In this document: one piece after another, positions 7,486 to 16,047 of the stretch
Position numbering within the stretch: position 1 is the stretch's first letter
Layout of the letters: every line of letters starts with the position of its first letter
Assembly: GCA_963804995.1 (NCBI GenBank)
Contig: CAWDSK010000005.1
Location: forward strand, 736,001 to 800,000
Source: an uncultured Acidobacteriota bacterium
GTDB lineage: Bacteria > Acidobacteriota > Terriglobia > UBA7540
Direction: 5' to 3'
Length of the DNA stretch: 64,000 nucleotides
The notes under the pieces: generated by a model
Told to the model about the DNA's origin: nothing
Seen by the model: only the letters and a program-made list of their open reading frames with translations
Database searches by the model: none
Program-made: the position numbers and the translations under genes

Positions 7486-10400
7486 GTGGGCCCAAGGTGA
7501 GTCTGGGTGAGTTGGCCCTCTCCCTGAAAAGCACCCAGGTAAGTTCGAATGTAGTCGGCCACCACACCGATATGCTGTGTCCGGCAGGTAACGTGATCGC
7601 CCGGCAGCTCGTGAACATCCACCTGCGAGACCAACCTCCCCCAGCCGGCCGTGGGGTCAGTCGGATATTCGTGTAGCAGGGACTTGGTCCGTAACAGCAC
7701 GATGCGGCCCTGCAAAGGTTTTGGGCGGTAGTTCATCAAGATGGCACCAAACCGTAGATCACGAAGAGACTCCAGGGGATCATCGAAAGCCGGGGAGGGG
7801 ACACCCAACTCCTCGGGCGGAGTCCCCAGCAGCCGCAGAACCTTTCTCCTCGCCGTCTGCAAAGGGAGAGCAACGAGTGCCCCCATGCCCTGGCGCAACG
7901 CGGCTTTGGCGCGTAACACATGATTGCGAACCCGGCCGTAGGCAAGATCCTGCCCATTGTCATCGACCCTGGCCAGCCAGCCCACGCTGCGGATCAACGC
8001 CTTCAGCCAGCCGAAGTGCGCCGGAACTGCAGTGTCGAGCAGAATCACCAATCCTACCTCGCGACCCTGCTGCACCATCTGCCGCGCCATCTCATAGGCT
8101 ACATTCCCGCCGTTGCAGAAGCCGCCCAGCAAATAAGGACCTTGAGGCCGAAGTGCGACCAGGTGCCGGATATTCTCCTCAGCCATCGCTTCAACACTAG
8201 GAAGTAATGGCTCGCCGCCGAACCCATTTGGCATTACGCCAAAGAACGGTTGGTCGGGGCCGAGCAACCGCGCCAATTTCCGGCAGTAGAGCCCACCCGT
8301 CGAATCGCCATGGAGGAAAAAGAAAGGCACATGAGAACCTCCGGGTTGAATGGGCACGATCGCCGACTTCATCTCTTTACTACTCTCGGCTCGCAGGCAC
8401 TCTGCCAGATGTTGAATGGTTGCCTCGGCAAACAAGGTTGAGAGCGGAAGTCGCCTGCCGCAGGCCTCCACGATCCGGCCCATCATGCGCACGGCAAGGA
8501 GAGAGTGACCGCCCAAATCGAAGAAGTCGTGCTGGATACCAATCGGGTGCACGTCGAGAAGCTCTTCCCAGATTTCTGCCAATTGCCATTCAAGCACGTC
8601 GCGGGGCTCAACGTAGCGATCCTCAACCCGTAACTGTCGGCTCTCAACGGGTAGCGCCCGGCGGTCAACCTTCCCACTCGAGGTAAGGGGCAGGGCCTTC
8701 AAGGTTGTGTAGTCGGAGGGCACCATATAGTCGGGCAGCTTTTGCTTTAGAAAATCCCGCAACGCTTTCCAGGCGGGCGCACTTTCCGGACAACGGGGCA
8801 CCACGTAAGCTACCAGGCGCTTTCCGCCCGGGCTCTCCTCCCGAACCACGACGGCCGCGGCCGATACTGCCGGGTGCTCTGCCAAGGCCGACTCGATTTC
8901 TCCCAATTCAATGCGGAAACCCCGAACCTTTACCTGATTATCAAGGCGGCCCAAGAACTCAATATTGCCGTCCGGCAAGTAGCGGCACAAGTCGCCGGTT
9001 TTGTAGAGACGAGCCCCAGGTTGGATGCTAAAGGGATCAGGAATAAATTTCTGACAGGAAACCTCGGGCCGGTTCAGGTACCCACGGGCCAGCCCATCTC
9101 CCCCGATGCATAATTCGCCGGCAACCCCGATTGGGACAGGCTGCAAATACCGGTCGAGAATGTACACGCGGGTGTTGGCGATGGGCCTGCCGATGGGAAT
9201 CGATCTGGCCAAGGGGCTTTGGTTGCGGGGAATCCGATAGCAACATGCAAAAACTGCGCTCTCCGTCGGCCCGTACCCGTTTACCAACTCCGTGTTGGGC
9301 AGCAGCGACAAGGCACGACAAATATCAGGAACGGAAAGCGCCTCCCCTCCCACGAGCAACTGCGAAACGGGTAAGAGTGCATCCGGAGCGGCATCAATCA
9401 CCGTGCTGAACAGCGAAGGCGTAAACCACAAGGTCGTCACCTTCTCTTTCTTGATTACGGCGCGGAGTTGCCCCAGATCCGGGATACGCTGCGGAATAAG
9501 CACGCAGCGCCCTCCGTGCAGGAGGGCGCCCCAAATCTCGAAGGTGCTCGCATCGAAGGAAATCGAGCCGTACTGGAGAAACACCTCATCCGGCCCGAAG
9601 TGGATGTAATCCGTTCCACACAGCAGGCGCACAATGCCGCGGTGGAGAACCTCGACTCCCTTCGGGGTTCCTGTGGACCCAGAGGTGTACAGCACGTAGG
9701 CCACATGATCGGGCTTCACTTCGAAGCGGGGATTGTGATTATCGGCCCCGGGGTCGGAATCCTCTAACCTGTCGAGCCAGACCACCCTTAGGTCCTGTTG
9801 AGGCAGCCCATGTTTCAGTCGCTCCTGGGTCAACAATACCTTAATTCCCGAATCCCCCAACATGAAAGCCAATCGTTCTTTCGGATAGGTAGGGTCCAGA
9901 GGAACAACTGTACCTCCCGCCTTGAGAACTCCCAGTAGTCCTACCACCATCTCCAGCGAGCGATCCACGAAGAGCCCCACTCGGGTATCCAATCCAACGC
10001 CCCAGCCTCGAAGTTGATGAGCTAGCCGATTGGCCTGACGGTTCAATGCTGCATAGGTCAGACGGTGCTCTTCCAAGGTAACCGCCACGGCTTCCGGCCG
10101 TCGCTCGGCCTGCGCCTCGAACAGTTCCTGAAGGGTCGAATCTCGCGGATACTCTACGTTCGTACGATTCCATTCCACCAGAATCTGATTCCGCTCGGTG
10201 GGAGTCAGCAAGGGAAGCGAGGCCAAGTGAGCGTCGGGTTCGGTGACGATGGCCCCGAGCAGCGTACGGTAGTGGCTAGCCATGCGCTCGATCGTGCCCT
10301 GATCAAAAAGATCGGCGTTGTAAACGAAAGAACACTTCAACTCCCGGCCCCTGGGGAGGATCTCAAGGGTGAGATCGCAGGGCGCAACCGGGACCTCGAA

Positions 10401-11651
10401 CTCGAACTCACTCACCTGCAGGCCGGGAATCTCGATCTTTTCCTCAGGCAGGTTTTCAAGATTAAATACCACCTGGAAAAAGGGCGTTGTGCTCAGGTTT
10501 CGATCCGGGCGCGGAGTCTCCAGTACTTGCCCAAACGGCAAATCCTGGTGGCTGTAAGCGCCGCGGCAGGTCTCGCGAACACGCCCGAGCAGTTCCCGAA
10601 ATGTGGGATTACCCGACAGGTTTGTCCGAAGAACTAGAGTGTTGAGGAAGAGCCCGATCAACTTCTCCGTCTCCACCCAATTCCGGCCTGCTGTCATCGA
10701 TGCGATGGCTATATCTTCAGATCCCGTATAACGCGAGAGCAGCACCTGGAAGGCCGCCAGGAGTGGCATGAACAGCGTGGCATTCTCCTGCCGGCCCAGT
10801 GCTTTCAGAGCATCGGCGAGCCGCTCCGGCAAGAGGACTTCGGCACATCCGCCCTGGTGCGACTGAGCGCTTAAACGGGGCCGGTCCGTCGTTAGGTCCA
10901 CGGGAACGCAGCCGCTCAATTGCTTTTTCCAGTAAAGAAGCTGGCGTTCGAGCAGTTCGCCGCCCACGCGCTGACGCTGCCAGAGAGCGAAATTCCCATA
11001 CTGGATTGGGAGCTCCGCGAGTGCAGGCGAACTCCCCGTAGTTAATGCGCCGTAGAGATTTGCGAACTCGTCGGCAAAGACCCGGGCTGACCATGCGTCA
11101 AAAGCGATGTGGTGGAATACGAGGAGCAAGACGTGCTCCTGCTCGCATAGCCGGAAGAGCGTGGCTCGCAAAAGGGGATCCTTGGCCAAATCGAAGGGCC
11201 GGAGAGCCTCCTCCGTGGCCAATCCCTTGGCATGCGACTCGCGCTCGGTGGGAGCCAGTTTAGAGAGCTCAATTAGGCGCAGGTCCAGAGCCAGGCTTGC
11301 AGATATAACCTGTGCAGGTTGACCGTCGCGGGTAAAGAAGCGCGTGCGCAGAACCTCGTGACGATCGATGATGGTTTGCAGGGCCTGCCGGAGGGCGGCC
11401 TCGTCAAGTGACCCCGTCAGACGCCGGGCGAACGGGCGATTATATGCGGGACTCCCTGGCTCCAACTGGTCGAAAAGCCAGAGCTTCTCCTGCGCGAACG
11501 AAAGCGGTAGAGAGCCCCGGTCAGCCAGCCGCGGAATAACGCGGGGAACGCGGCGGGACTGGAGCTTCTCCCGCCAACTTGCATCGAGCTGCGTGGATTC
11601 CTGCCGGGGAGTGTCCTCAGGCTCGGGCGGGATGGCATCCGTGCTTTTCAC
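7482..11651 (-). CDS. NRPS, C-A-PCP-TE
   Basis: C: LSFAQEKLW, HHIAFDAWS; A: YTSGSTGTPKG, YGPTE, YKTGD; PCP: FFDLGGHSLL; TE: GGFCNGG, PGDH; start set at GTG 11651. Confidence 0.93.
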   Translation of the reverse strand: MKSTDAIPPEPEDTPRQESTQLDASWREKLQSRRVPRVIPRLADRGSLPLSFAQEKLWLFDQLEPGSPAYNRPFARRLTGSLDEAALRQALQTIIDRHEVLRTRFFTRDGQPAQVISASLALDLRLIELSKLAPTERESHAKGLATEEALRPFDLAKDPLLRATLFRLCEQEHVLLLVFHHIAFDAWSARVFADEFANLYGALTTGSSPALAELPIQYGNFALWQRQRVGGELLERQLLYWKKQLSGCVPVDLTTDRPRLSAQSHQGGCAEVLLPERLADALKALGRQENATLFMPLLAAFQVLLSRYTGSEDIAIASMTAGRNWVETEKLIGLFLNTLVLRTNLSGNPTFRELLGRVRETCRGAYSHQDLPFGQVLETPRPDRNLSTTPFFQVVFNLENLPEEKIEIPGLQVSEFEFEVPVAPCDLTLEILPRGRELKCSFVYNADLFDQGTIERMASHYRTLLGAIVTEPDAHLASLPLLTPTERNQILVEWNRTNVEYPRDSTLQELFEAQAERRPEAVAVTLEEHRLTYAALNRQANRLAHQLRGWGVGLDTRVGLFVDRSLEMVVGLLGVLKAGGTVVPLDPTYPKERLAFMLGDSGIKVLLTQERLKHGLPQQDLRVVWLDRLEDSDPGADNHNPRFEVKPDHVAYVLYTSGSTGTPKGVEVLHRGIVRLLCGTDYIHFGPDEVFLQYGSISFDASTFEIWGALLHGGRCVLIPQRIPDLGQLRAVIKKEKVTTLWFTPSLFSTVIDAAPDALLPVSQLLVGGEALSVPDICRALSLLPNTELVNGYGPTESAVFACCYRIPRNQSPLARSIPIGRPIANTRVYILDRYLQPVPIGVAGELCIGGDGLARGYLNRPEVSCQKFIPDPFSIQPGARLYKTGDLCRYLPDGNIEFLGRLDNQVKVRGFRIELGEIESALAEHPAVSAAAVVVREESPGGKRLVAYVVPRCPESAPAWKALRDFLKQKLPDYMVPSDYTTLKALPLTSSGKVDRRALPVESRQLRVEDRYVEPRDVLEWQLAEIWEELLDVHPIGIQHDFFDLGGHSLLAVRMMGRIVEACGRRLPLSTLFAEATIQHLAECLRAESSKEMKSAIVPIQPGGSHVPFFFLHGDSTGGLYCRKLARLLGPDQPFFGVMPNGFGGEPLLPSVEAMAEENIRHLVALRPQGPYLLGGFCNGGNVAYEMARQMVQQGREVGLVILLDTAVPAHFGWLKALIRSVGWLARVDDNGQDLAYGRVRNHVLRAKAALRQGMGALVALPLQTARRKVLRLLGTPPEELGVPSPAFDDPLESLRDLRFGAILMNYRPKPLQGRIVLLRTKSLLHEYPTDPTAGWGRLVSQVDVHELPGDHVTCRTQHIGVVADYIRTYLGAFQGEGQLTQTHLGPT

Positions 11652-11671
11652 AAAGATTTCAATCCTGCAAC

Positions 11672-13516
11672 CTAATTTGAGGATGGCCGCTCGGTCTCGT
11701 CGCGACTCACTCTCTCGCCTTCTAGCTGCAGCTTGGCACCCAGCACCAGAGTCTGGTCCGCAATCGTCGGTGCATCCAGGAAGTCGAGCAAAGTAATGTC
11801 CACGTCCAACTGTTGGCACACGCGAGCGACGGTCCGCGCAGCCAGCAGCGAATCACCGCCCAGGTCGAGAAAGCGCTGATGGATGCCGACGGAAGGGATC
11901 CTAAGCACCTCGCACCAGATCTCGGCAAGGAATTTCTCTGCGGGTGTGCGCGGAGCCACGCTCTCGCTTGATTGGTCGGAAACAGCCACCGCCTGCTCCA
12001 CCAAGCCCAGCTTTTCCGCCAAGCCGATTCGCTGGGGTTTGCCTGTCGGCCCCAGCGGGATGGCATTGACCGCGAGGATGCGGCGGGGGACCTTGAAGTG
12101 GGCCAGGCGTGCGGCCACGACCTGGCGGAGCTGCTTTTCAGTGACACTTGTATCGCGGAGGACAACCGCTGCCGCTACCTCCTGCCCAAGTGACTTATCT
12201 GGCATGGCAAAGACCACTGCTTGGGCGACAGCCGGGTGCTGCAATAAGACCTCTTCCACCTCGCGTGGCGAGACCTTTTCGCCCCCCCGATTGATGATCT
12301 CCTTGATGCGGCCCTCGATGTAGAGGTAGCCGTCCGCGTCCAGGCGGCCCAGGTCTCCCGTGCGGAACCAGCCATTAGTGAAGGCCTGGTCTGCAACCTG
12401 ATGGGCGTAACCGTGCATGACGTTCGGCCCACGCACAACGATCTCAGCCACTTCACCTTGTGCCAGCAGTCGCGCGCCGCCTTTTTCCATGATGGCAATT
12501 TCTGTGCCGGTCGCCACGCCCACGGAACCCGGCTTGCGGATTTTGGGCGGAAGCGGGCTGGATGCAATCTGGTGGGCGGCCTCGGTCATTCCATAAGCCT
12601 CAACAACCGGGACGCCGAACACACTCTCCAGCTCCGCCATCAGCGTGGGGGAAAGCGGAGAAGAGCAGGAGCGGATGAATCGCAAGCGCTCCCGGTGGAT
12701 GGCTTGGTGGTTCTGAGCACCGCGGGCCAGAATTGCCCGGTGCATGGTTGGCACGGCGGTATACCAGGTCGGTTGGAAAGCGGCCGCCCAGTCGAAAAAG
12801 CGTGGCGCATCAAAGCCGGGCGTCGTGACTACTCCTGCCCCGGCGCACAGTGAAGACAAGACCGATGCCACGAGACCGTGAATGTGGAAAAGCGGCATGA
12901 TGTTCAGGCACCGATCGGACGGAGTGAGTGCCAGCGCGTTGCGGATGTGGTCGGCGGAGGCGCACAGGTTCTGGTGGGTGAGCGGAACCATCTTCGGCCG
13001 TGACGTGGTTCCAGAAGTATGGAGCACAAGGGCGATGTCCTCCGCCTCAACAGTTCCGGGAGGGGACGCGGGCGTGGGGCTGACTCCCTGAAAACTGAAA
13101 AGTCCTGCCGCATCTTCCCATTTCGGGGCAATTTCGATTACACGAATTCCACGCCTTCGGGCTACTTCAATGGCGGGTGAGATCACTCCGGCTTGGACTA
13201 CTAGCGCCTTGGCCTCCAAGTCCGACAGGTAGAATTCAAATTCGGAGGCGCCATAGGCCGGATTCAGCGGGGCGGCTACGGCGCCGCAGGCAATTGAAAG
13301 AACCCCCACCGCCATCTCTGGACCGTTGGGCAGGACGATCGCCACCTTGTCGTTGCGATGGATGTCGAACGAGCTCAGGCAATTCACAACCTCATGGACC
13401 TGTGTGATCAACCGCCCGAAGGTTAACGGAGTACGCCCCGGCGCCAGGATCGCCTCTGAATCAGGCGAAAGCCGAGCGTGACTCTCGAGCAGTTGGTAGG
13501 TCGACGAAAACGTCAT
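11672..13516 (-). CDS. Oxalate-CoA-ligase-like (AAE3/Pcs60/Fum10 family) adenylating enzyme fused to a carrier protein (A-PCP loading module)
   Basis: LHTSGTTSRPK, PLFHIHGLV, TWYTAVPTMH, RFIRSCSS, EAYGMTEAAHQ; C-terminal FLDLGGDSLL. Confidence 0.85.
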   Translation of the reverse strand: MTFSSTYQLLESHARLSPDSEAILAPGRTPLTFGRLITQVHEVVNCLSSFDIHRNDKVAIVLPNGPEMAVGVLSIACGAVAAPLNPAYGASEFEFYLSDLEAKALVVQAGVISPAIEVARRRGIRVIEIAPKWEDAAGLFSFQGVSPTPASPPGTVEAEDIALVLHTSGTTSRPKMVPLTHQNLCASADHIRNALALTPSDRCLNIMPLFHIHGLVASVLSSLCAGAGVVTTPGFDAPRFFDWAAAFQPTWYTAVPTMHRAILARGAQNHQAIHRERLRFIRSCSSPLSPTLMAELESVFGVPVVEAYGMTEAAHQIASSPLPPKIRKPGSVGVATGTEIAIMEKGGARLLAQGEVAEIVVRGPNVMHGYAHQVADQAFTNGWFRTGDLGRLDADGYLYIEGRIKEIINRGGEKVSPREVEEVLLQHPAVAQAVVFAMPDKSLGQEVAAAVVLRDTSVTEKQLRQVVAARLAHFKVPRRILAVNAIPLGPTGKPQRIGLAEKLGLVEQAVAVSDQSSESVAPRTPAEKFLAEIWCEVLRIPSVGIHQRFLDLGGDSLLAARTVARVCQQLDVDITLLDFLDAPTIADQTLVLGAKLQLEGERVSRDETERPSSN

Positions 13517-13576
13517 GGGATTGTTGACCTAAATGGACGTGTGCTATTTGCTTTCTACCGTTTTGCGCCCAGAATG

Positions 13577-13759
13577 TTAAGCGAAAAGCACTGGCACGGC
13601 AAGCCAGACCTCCATGCTTCCTCCGCGCAGACCCACAGGGAACTCCGCGAGGCTCTCGATGGCATCGCACAGTCCGTCGAACCATTCCCGCGTCGCGCCC
13701 CGAGCGATCCCGTCGAGGTCCCGCTCAGCCCGCTTTCGATATAGGACGCGGTACGCCAA
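13577..13759 (-). pseudogene. parE: ParE/RelE toxin, truncated after about 41 aa
   Basis: MAYRVLYRKRAERDLDGI…WFDGLCDAIESLAEFP followed by unrelated sequence. Confidence 0.7.
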
Positions 13760-14021
13760 AGTGTTTCTTTCTCAATTGTGCATGAACCTGTTTAGCAGGA
13801 CGGCCCTCCCCCTTTTCCGCCAGGGCTTCGTTCACGGCCTCGATGGTTTCGAAGCGATCTTTCCACTCTTCATAAGCTTCGGCATCGAACACGACGAAGC
13901 GCGCTTTGCCCTGCACAGTCAATACCAGGGGCCTATGGGTTTTCTTGAGCAGGCGGGCGAACCGGGCCGTTTGGCGTTTGAAGGTCGTCAGAGGATGGAT
14001 GTCCTGGGCTACGTCAATCAT
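13725..14021 (-). CDS. Phd/YefM antitoxin
   Basis: MIDVAQDIHPLTTFKRQT…PLVLTVQGKARFVVFDAEAYE. Confidence 0.85.
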   Translation of the reverse strand: MIDVAQDIHPLTTFKRQTARFARLLKKTHRPLVLTVQGKARFVVFDAEAYEEWKDRFETIEAVNEALAEKGEGRPAKQVHAQLRKKHFGVPRPISKAG

Positions 14022-14079
14022 TTCTACGCACCTGAAAAGCATCTTATCAAGTGCTAAGCAGGGAGGCAAGGTTTTCCAC

Positions 14080-14514
14080 GCGCTCGCGGAGGTACTGCCT
14101 GGAACTGGTGTGTGCAGATTTCCTGGCGGGGAGAGGTGAGGAGTCGACACCCGAGGAGATCTTGATGATGATCCACCACCTCGTGCATCTGCTGCCGCGG
14201 GAGTATCAGGCGCATCTTGTTGGCCAAATCGCAAGATGGAAATTGGAGACCCCCGGAAGATGTTGAATAAAGTCAAGCGGATCAAGCTGGGAAAGCAGCA
14301 GATCTACCGGCGGTTGATGAAGCAGGTCCTGGAGCGAGACAGTTGGCGATGTCAGAAGTGGGGCTCGCTGGAAAACTTCCAGGTCCACCACAAGATCAAG
14401 AGTAGCCAGCGGGGAAATGACGCGCTCGAAAGCCTCGTGACCCTCTGTGCTCACGAACATGGCAGAGCGTGGGCAGCTTTTCTACACAGTCCCGGCTGCC
14501 AGAGTGTGCAGCAA
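14080..14514 (+). pseudogene. ORF X 3' fragment + HNH pseudogene (repeat copy E)
   Basis: YCLELVCADFLAG… ends at 14266; HNH starts at ATG 14260 with Cys>Trp (CQKWG) and a frameshift in the second CxxC. Confidence 0.8.
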
Positions 14515-14624
14515 GGTGACCGATTCCGCCAGAACCGCGCCTTTCAGTGAAACGGTCGGGATTGGCCTTGAATGAAGGGTTACCTGCGCTCATTGAATGC
14601 GAAAGTCGGTAAGCCTGGTCATTC

Positions 14625-15017
14625 TCACCAGATCGTGTGAAGCGCTTTCGACCGACGGATATCACGATCGGCCGTAACCAGAGGTAGGGCCTCAGCCAGC
14701 GCGGTAGCCCCGATCATTCGATCCGCCGGATCACTGGGATAAGCTGCGGGGAGTCCATGGGCGCGCACACAGGCACGGCCAGTGATTGGCAGGACAACGA
14801 ATCGGCTCTCGACTTCACTCAAGAAGGATTCCAGGCTGATGTCGAGATGGATGCGTCCTTTACTCGCGAGGGTTGTCAACTCCAAGAGAGTGATATCGGA
14901 AATTGCCACGCCATCTCCCTTCGCACGCGCCTTGTCGATGGCGGTTCTTGCCTTCCTGGAGAGCTGGCTTGGATCAAACGCCAGCCAGACGACTACGTGT
15001 GTGTCGACGAGAATCAC
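14625..15017 (-). CDS. vapC: PIN-domain toxin VapC
   Basis: ILVDTHVVVW…ISDITLLE…DPADRMIGATA…LVTAD. Confidence 0.92.
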   Translation of the reverse strand: MILVDTHVVVWLAFDPSQLSRKARTAIDKARAKGDGVAISDITLLELTTLASKGRIHLDISLESFLSEVESRFVVLPITGRACVRAHGLPAAYPSDPADRMIGATALAEALPLVTADRDIRRSKALHTIW

Positions 15018-15241
15018 TTGAGGTTCCCCCAGTCTTCGATAGCGGGCGAAATGACGTTGCCGATAACCGCCCCCTTGCCACGGAGGAAGTGGTAGATCTC
15101 GTCTGTACCTTTGCCGGCGGGGACAAGCTTCGCCACGGGCCTGCCGTGTTTAGTGATCACTACAGTCTGTCTCTTGGCCTGAACCTCGTCCATGACCGCA
15201 AGGCAATGTGCCTTGAACGAACCCGCTGCCATTGTTTTCAT
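15014..15241 (-). CDS. Phd/YefM antitoxin
   Basis: FKAHCLAVMDEV…VVITKHGRPVAKLVP. Confidence 0.9.
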   Translation of the reverse strand: MKTMAAGSFKAHCLAVMDEVQAKRQTVVITKHGRPVAKLVPAGKGTDEIYHFLRGKGAVIGNVISPAIEDWGNLK

Positions 15242-15611
15242 CCAGGACTCCTTATCATAGTCATTATACCATGGTCATAATCGCGTCCGACTAAGAAACG
15301 CCCTCCTATGGCCGGGACCGTGGATGGAGCGCAGAGCCGCTGGCTCCACGCTGCCGGGGAAGTGCTGCCTCTGGACGCAAGCAACGAAGCCCAGGGGATC
15401 CGATTCGATATTAGACCCCCTCAAGACAGCCTGGCGCGTCTTGGCCTACCAAAGCTGTAAACACCGCGTTCGTGTGGGCCACCATGCGCGTCTGCTTCCA
15501 ATTTGGGCTACCCGTTCTTTAGACTCTCCCGCCTGTTTCCACGAAGCACTCATGGCAGAAGCAGGTCAGGGAAGGTTTCTCACACCAGTCCTCCTGCGAG
15601 AACAGGAATCT

Positions 15612-15781
15612 TGTGCTCACTTTCATATGGGCTGAGCATGGACAGCTTCTCTATTCAGTCCCAGCCGCCAGAGTGTGCAGCAAGCCCAAACCACGTACGA
15701 AGTGCCAATCGCAGCCGCGGTGATTTGGTGACGGTTTCGGGTTGACAACCCATACATGGTGTTCGGTACGTTCTGAGTATG
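15612..15781 (+). repeat. HNH extreme 3' fragment plus promoter-like tail (repeat copy F)
   Basis: Matches 4394-4564, including …KPKPRTKCQS and the TTGACA-containing tail. Confidence 0.8.
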
Positions 15782-16047
15782 CTCCCGCTCGCGTGTGTTT
15801 TAGCGGGTGAAAGGAAAAGACAAATCAGCGAGCTAAGCAATGCTAACATGGCGTTTAGGGTGAGGGCCGACACTAGAAAATGTCAATTGTTTTCAGCCTG
15901 ACGTGGTATTGGCGAACGACAGGGGGCGGTGGGTAACCACCGTCGCTACCGCGACCCCCGTCGGGAGGGACCTTGGCCCGCGGGAGTATGCGGAGCGGAA
16001 GCCGTTCGGTGCTCCGCTCAGCTTGACGGTGTTTTGTGGCGCCGGGA

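Noticed and set aside
15290..15610. Possible extra cargo gene before repeat copy F (similarly 3660-3965 before copy C)
   Set aside because: Only short frames without recognisable motifs on either strand.
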